A stretch of 63,021 nucleotides of DNA, the filler included. It is 10 parts of 10 records of this genome, joined end to end, with 100 filler letters (N's around TTAATTAATTAA, not from the genome) between each part and the next. Parts side by side here need not be neighbours in the genome. Positions count along the whole stretch, not along the records: positions 57,444 to 63,021 come from SRR31156797_48555; 9 more parts are not named here. One strand, given 5' to 3'. Below, one piece after another: positions 58,387 through 63,021 of this stretch. The notes beneath the pieces are model-generated. The model ran no database searches and was not told the origin of the DNA. It worked only from the letters and a program-made list of their open reading frames with translations. The first letter of the stretch is position 1; every line of letters starts with the position of its first letter. Both the position numbers and the translations under genes were made by a program.

Positions 58387-58824
58387 ATGAGTAAAAAGAA
58401 ACAGGAACCGAAATTCAAGGATCAAGTCACTTATACCTTTTATTTGGGGGCTAACAGCAAAAAAGAAATATTCGAAATGGAGGTTTATTTATTCGAACAA
58501 AAAGACGCAATATTCTTTGAGATGTATAACGAACAAATTCCGGTAGGGGGTGCGATGATTGGACGGGATGACATTGATAAAGAAAACCCGCCAGAAGATG
58601 AGGCATGCAAAATAATTGTACCAGAAGCTTACAAATTTAAAAGTCATCATACACTTTCAGTTTATTTGGATGGGGATATAGAAGAAGAAATAAATAGGGC
58701 TTTAAAATGGCTGCATGAAAGAATAGAAGACTTAAAAGAAGACTGGCCCTTTGTTGGCACAAGTGAATTCTTGGCGGTTAAATTGCGTGACGATATAGAC
58801 CAAACCGAGAAACTCACAAAGTAA
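58387..58824 (+). CDS. hypothetical acidic protein
   Basis: 145-aa ORF tightly packed between rep and int; GGAGGT upstream. Confidence 0.75.
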   Translation: MSKKKQEPKFKDQVTYTFYLGANSKKEIFEMEVYLFEQKDAIFFEMYNEQIPVGGAMIGRDDIDKENPPEDEACKIIVPEAYKFKSHHTLSVYLDGDIEEEINRALKWLHERIEDLKEDWPFVGTSEFLAVKLRDDIDQTEKLTK

Positions 58825-58897
58825 AGAAATTACTTGAATGTTGACTCGATCCCGCCGGCATGATACTCTCTTTTCACCCGAGCAAAGGGGGTTATGC

Positions 58898-60043
58898 ATG
58901 CGGGGTCGTATCTATTCAGATCAGGTTTGCCCTGTCTGCGGTGGTATCTACCAGCATGATGAGCGCCGACGTGGGTTGTTTTGCCCAGATCACCCAGACC
59001 AGAGAGCTACGGCCAGATTCAGGGTTCAGTTTGGCCGCAAAACAAGGCGGCGCTTTGCGACCTACGTAGAAGCGGAGCGCTTCCTTGACGGCCTTCGGTG
59101 GGAAGTGGATCAGGGCACGTTCGATCCTCGCGACTACCGAAAGGATTACCCTCTAGGATTTCGGACCCTGGCTGAGAAATGGTTGATGGTAAAAGAGAAG
59201 GAAGTCAAGCCCCGCTCATATAATAATCTACGCAACTACATGAACAAAGCTATTGAATCCTGGGGCAATACCAGCGTGAAAGCTATTGGCTATGGGGAAA
59301 TAGAAGATTTTCTTCATGCTCAAGATGTTTCCGACAAGACTAAATCTAACATAAAATCAGGTCTTCATAGTTTCTTTGTTTGGGTCCATCGCCGTGAAAA
59401 AGTTCCGGTTCCAGAGTTCCCGGAAATCAATTATCAGCTTGGTTGGCGCCAGACTGTTAGCAAGGAAATCCAACAATCAATTATTGAGGAGGTATACCGG
59501 ATCAGTTTCAATGTGAATCCTAAAATATGGCTGGCCATAAAGTGGCTGTCTACATACATTTCAATCCGGCCAGGTGAGTTAGTAAGAATCAAGGAAAAGG
59601 AAATAGATCTTCAGGCAGGATATTTATTCATCCCTGATCCAAAAGAAAAAAAGCCTAAGATCGTTCCAATGATCGACGAAGATATTGAATTGGCTGCTTC
59701 CTTCCCGCGCGGTATGCCAAACCTGCCCTTCTTCCGGCATCCAAAAGGTTTAAAAGGAGTCCGTCCTGGTGAACAGTTCGGACCCCGTTACTTGTATAAA
59801 TGGTGGAAGAAAGCGTGTGGCAACATTGGAGTTGAAGGGATTGACCTTTACGGAGGCACCAGACATAGCACAGCCTTAGCTCTTCGCGAATTTAAAACTC
59901 CTGAGCAAATCCGGAGGGCCACCATGCATAGCACTAATAAGGCTTTTGAGCGTTATTACAGGGTGGAGATAGATGAGGTTAAGGATGTATACTCTGCAAC
60001 TAGAAACATACGTAATGGGAAAGAGGAAAAGCATCAGAAGTAA
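58898..60043 (+). CDS. tyrosine recombinase / integrase
   Basis: IRPGE, K, Y.GTRHS, MH......RYY; N-terminal CPVC..CPDH; start placed at MRGRIY after AAGGGGG. Confidence 0.88.
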   Translation: MRGRIYSDQVCPVCGGIYQHDERRRGLFCPDHPDQRATARFRVQFGRKTRRRFATYVEAERFLDGLRWEVDQGTFDPRDYRKDYPLGFRTLAEKWLMVKEKEVKPRSYNNLRNYMNKAIESWGNTSVKAIGYGEIEDFLHAQDVSDKTKSNIKSGLHSFFVWVHRREKVPVPEFPEINYQLGWRQTVSKEIQQSIIEEVYRISFNVNPKIWLAIKWLSTYISIRPGELVRIKEKEIDLQAGYLFIPDPKEKKPKIVPMIDEDIELAASFPRGMPNLPFFRHPKGLKGVRPGEQFGPRYLYKWWKKACGNIGVEGIDLYGGTRHSTALALREFKTPEQIRRATMHSTNKAFERYYRVEIDEVKDVYSATRNIRNGKEEKHQK

Positions 60044-60312
60044 GATCTGAAAATAATATTACATTTCGGATTTCCTACCATAATCTTTATATGTAGTTTT
60101 CTATTGTCTACTCCTTAATTCTTGGTAAATAATGTCGTTCATAACTCTTTCTGAAAGGCGGATTATCTGTTTGACATGAATGGAAGCTAATGATTACTAT
60201 GGTATTGATTTAATGAAAGAAAACAATGCGCATTATGTTGGATTGTTAATAAATAGTAATCTTTATGGTAAGTTATCCTTCGTAATTGATAAACCAGAAC
60301 AGGTGATGATTA

Positions 60313-61275
60313 ATGGCAGTAAACAGGGATAAGCCCGATAAGTGGAAAGTAGACATTGCTCAATCGGTAGATTTTTACAATGATTGGTTCCTCAGATTCG
60401 CTCCAAAGGCATTCAGGGACACTAGGGTAGAGACAACCAAGCAAGTAGTTAAATCACTTGAATCAACAGCCAATCTTACAAACATTCAACCTCAAATACT
60501 CATAAATAACCCAAGTGTATTGCCTATGCTACGCATGTCAACATGCCCGCCAATTGCAAGAGACAGGCTGATCGGCCTTGCTGGTGTTTCTCCAAATCTT
60601 GTAAAAGTTATGGAGATTGAATTAAAGATGCCTGTTCGTATGGCGAAGGACGAACAGATAAGACAACTGGAAAAAATAACAAAAATTATTGAAAGATTAG
60701 CTGACAAAGATATATTCACATGGTTAGAAACCGGAAAAATGCCCTCTGAACAAGAACTATACAGGGCTTCCACTATTGTTGCTGATCGACTGTGTGGTGC
60801 GATTGCAGACCCCATAATAAGAAATGCACAAGAGAGAAGGCAACTTGCAGCAATAGGAAAATGGCTAGACGATAGAGGATACCGACAAATTCAAAGCGGT
60901 GAAGGTATTACATTTGATAAGATGGAACCAGGAACATATTCATTTAGAATGATTGTGCCAGCTGACCTACCAGGTGGTGAGCGCCAAGTTAATATTCCTA
61001 TTGATGCTGTAATAATGCCTTTAAACCACAATGTAGACATGTTCCCGTTTCTTATTGAGGCAAAATCTGCAGGTGATTTTACAAACACTAACAAACGCCG
61101 TAAAGAAGAGGCTGTTAAAATGGCACAATTACGCTCAACTTATGGCGATACTGTGCAATTCGTCTTATTCCTCTGCGGATATTTCGACACCGGCTACCTT
61201 GGATATGAGGCTGCCGAAGGCATTGACTGGGTTTGGGAACATAGAATAGATGATTTCGCTGAATTTGGCCTATAA
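60313..61275 (+). CDS. XamI-family type II restriction endonuclease
   Basis: W..D...SVD.YN.WF..FAP, PPIARDRL.GLA, RNAQE.RQL, IEAKSAGDFTNTNKRRKEEA, DWVWEHR. Confidence 0.85.
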   Translation: MAVNRDKPDKWKVDIAQSVDFYNDWFLRFAPKAFRDTRVETTKQVVKSLESTANLTNIQPQILINNPSVLPMLRMSTCPPIARDRLIGLAGVSPNLVKVMEIELKMPVRMAKDEQIRQLEKITKIIERLADKDIFTWLETGKMPSEQELYRASTIVADRLCGAIADPIIRNAQERRQLAAIGKWLDDRGYRQIQSGEGITFDKMEPGTYSFRMIVPADLPGGERQVNIPIDAVIMPLNHNVDMFPFLIEAKSAGDFTNTNKRRKEEAVKMAQLRSTYGDTVQFVLFLCGYFDTGYLGYEAAEGIDWVWEHRIDDFAEFGL

Positions 61276-61286
61276 GGAAATATAAT

Positions 61287-62861
61287 ATGTCTCAATTGAG
61301 CATTCATGAGATTCAAAGACTTGATCTACAGAGTAAACTTGATTCTGAGAAAAGCCAGGAAGAAAGGAACCGTTTAGGTCAATTTGCAACACCAACAAAC
61401 CTTGCATATGATATACTTAAATATGCTAAAAAAATAATATCAACGAGAAAAACAATCAGCTTACTTGACCCAGGAATAGGGACAGGTGCCTTCTATTCAG
61501 CACTTCTGGAAAATTTTCCTAAATCCAGAATAAAAAGAGCCATAGGTTTTGAAATTGACCCGCATTATGCCGGCCCAGCAGAAAAATTGTGGAAGGATGA
61601 AATACTAAATATAAAACATTCTGATTTTACAAAGGCAGCGCCCCCTAAAGAAAGCGAAAGATTTAACCTTCTAATATGCAATCCTCCGTATGTTAGACAT
61701 CACCACTTGATTAATGGAGATAAGATCAGACTACAAGAAATTGCACTGAAATCTCTCGGTATAAAAACAAGCAGACTAACAGGCTTATATTGTTATTTCA
61801 TGTTTCTTTCTCATAATTGGATGGCTGATGATGGGCTTGCTGGCTGGCTTATACCCAGTGAATTTATGGATGTAAATTACGGAAATGCATTAAAGAAATA
61901 TTTACTGAACCAAGTAAGTTTAATTCGGATACACCGGTTTGATCCTGACGATGTCCAATTCAATGATGCGCTAGTTTCTTCAGCGGTTGTTTGGTTTAAA
62001 AAAAGAAAACCCCTACAAGATGAAGAAATAATGTTTTCATATGGAGGATCACTCCTGAAACCAAAAATTGAAAAAATGTTATCTCGTAGGATATTGAGTC
62101 AGGAAAAAAAATGGACAAGGTTTCCAAGACTTGATGAAAGGGAAATTACAGATGGATTAATACTTTCAGACTTGTTCACAATCAAAAGAGGCCTTGCTAC
62201 TGGAAGTAATAATTTCTTCATACTAAACGAGAATGAAATAATAAAAAATGATTTACCAATGGAATTTTTTAAACCTATCTTGCCAAGCCCAAGATATCTT
62301 GAGATCGACTGTATTGAATCAGACAATAAAGGTTTGCCATTAATTCCATCAAGGCAGTTCCTTCTTGATTGCAGCCTTTCTGAAGAAGAGGTAAAGAATA
62401 CTAGTCCAAAATTATGGAATTATCTCCTTAAAGGGATAAATTACAAAATAAATGAAAAATATTTATGTAGGCATAGAAATCCCTGGTATTCCCAAGAGAA
62501 AAGAGAGCCTGCTCCTATTATGTGTACTTATATGGGAAGAACGAATAAAAAGAATGGAACTAAAAAACCATTCAGATTTATTCTGAATAAGTCCCGTGCA
62601 ACTGCAGCAAATGTATATTTAATGCTATATCCTAAGCCAATAATTTTATCTCAGCTTAAAAAAAATCCTGATTTGATTATTATGATATGGGAAAAACTAA
62701 AACAAATAACGGCAGAATCACTTCTTGAAAATGGAAGAGTCTATGGAGGTGGCCTTCATAAATTGGAACCGAAAGAGTTGGCCAATGTTCCTGCCGATGA
62801 GATTATCAAAATTTTGCCTGATAAACTGATAAAAATTGAGTCCCAAAAAAGTCTATTTTGA
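61287..62861 (+). CDS. N6-adenine DNA methyltransferase cognate to the endonuclease
   Basis: LGQFATP, LDPGIGTG (motif I) before NPPY (motif IV), GRVYGGGL.KLEP. Confidence 0.92.
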   Translation: MSQLSIHEIQRLDLQSKLDSEKSQEERNRLGQFATPTNLAYDILKYAKKIISTRKTISLLDPGIGTGAFYSALLENFPKSRIKRAIGFEIDPHYAGPAEKLWKDEILNIKHSDFTKAAPPKESERFNLLICNPPYVRHHHLINGDKIRLQEIALKSLGIKTSRLTGLYCYFMFLSHNWMADDGLAGWLIPSEFMDVNYGNALKKYLLNQVSLIRIHRFDPDDVQFNDALVSSAVVWFKKRKPLQDEEIMFSYGGSLLKPKIEKMLSRRILSQEKKWTRFPRLDEREITDGLILSDLFTIKRGLATGSNNFFILNENEIIKNDLPMEFFKPILPSPRYLEIDCIESDNKGLPLIPSRQFLLDCSLSEEEVKNTSPKLWNYLLKGINYKINEKYLCRHRNPWYSQEKREPAPIMCTYMGRTNKKNGTKKPFRFILNKSRATAANVYLMLYPKPIILSQLKKNPDLIIMIWEKLKQITAESLLENGRVYGGGLHKLEPKELANVPADEIIKILPDKLIKIESQKSLF

Positions 62862-62960
62862 GATGGAAGTTATCTTGATAACTTTTAACATATTATATTG
62901 CAATAAAAATTATGATTGATGAGGTGGAAGAAGGGGATACCGGTGGGATACCAAAGCAAA

Positions 62961-62984
62961 GAGCCGCTTAGGTCTAAGCGGCTC
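62961..62984. terminator. hairpin between the R-M operon and the tmRNA-like end
   Basis: GAGCCGCTTA-ggtc-TAAGCGGCTC; T-rich tail on the minus strand. Confidence 0.75.
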
Positions 62985-63001
62985 ATTTAACTGAATAAAT
63001 T

Positions 63002-63021
63002 TGGTGGAGGCGGCGGGAGTC
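63002..63021 (-). ncRNA. ssrA: 3' end of tmRNA (or its att duplicate)
   Basis: Minus strand GACTCCCGCCGCCTCCACCA matches the T-arm/acceptor end typical of tmRNA. Only 20 nt are visible, so tRNA-Ala is not fully excluded. Confidence 0.7.

Larger units (their letters stand above)
57444..63021. mobile_element. integrative element (rep-orf-int-R-M) ending at a tmRNA-like att site, left part missing
   Basis: Co-oriented Rep_trans, integrase and AT-rich R-M cargo directly beside a CCA-ending RNA 3' end. Confidence 0.75.

Overview
This window is not one locus. It is ten unrelated 5-8 kb fragments joined by identical artificial spacers (44 N + TTAATTAATTAA + 44 N), so gene neighbourhoods are only meaningful within a fragment. 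Taxonomy is inferred from gene content and style only. (1) 1-6500, Methanosarcinaceae-like archaeon: PGF-CTERM protein, SAM methyltransferases, long U32-family protein coupled to an RCL/DNPH1-like N-hydrolase. (2) 6601-12540, Desulfobacterota-like: class III RNR nrdD with paired NrdR boxes, M16 protease, molybdopterin oxidoreductase. (3) 12641-19311, Desulfobacterota-like: livF, recN, an AT-rich sigma54-driven VPLPA-CTERM islet, gltA. (4) 19412-24937, planctomycete-like: divergent RpiB, PQQ-like propeller, cupin, small-protein/nucleotidyltransferase pair. (5) 25038-30510: integron-integrase-like tail, nonsense-interrupted flavin reductase, RND pump. (6) 30611-38502: IS3 relic and ffs-dnaX-ybaB-recR-tRNA-Val-thrS-infC-rpmI-rplT. 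(7) 38603-45602: two-component genes, a solute-binding protein coupled to a kinase, a 100-bp inverted-repeat element. (8) 45703-52233, Campylobacterota-like: exbBD, two HisKA_2 kinases, response regulator, repeat surface protein. (9) 52334-57343, spirochaete-like: flagellin tail, GH13, acyl-ACP thioesterase, Zn-dehydrogenase with an unexplained N-terminal domain, GntR. (10) 57444-63021: integrative element with Rep_trans-like initiator, atypical tyrosine integrase and XamI-family R-M, abutting a tmRNA-like 3' end. Best leads are the fragment-10 element, the dehydrogenase fusion, a candidate dnaX slippage site and a candidate thrS operator. No CRISPR array was seen.
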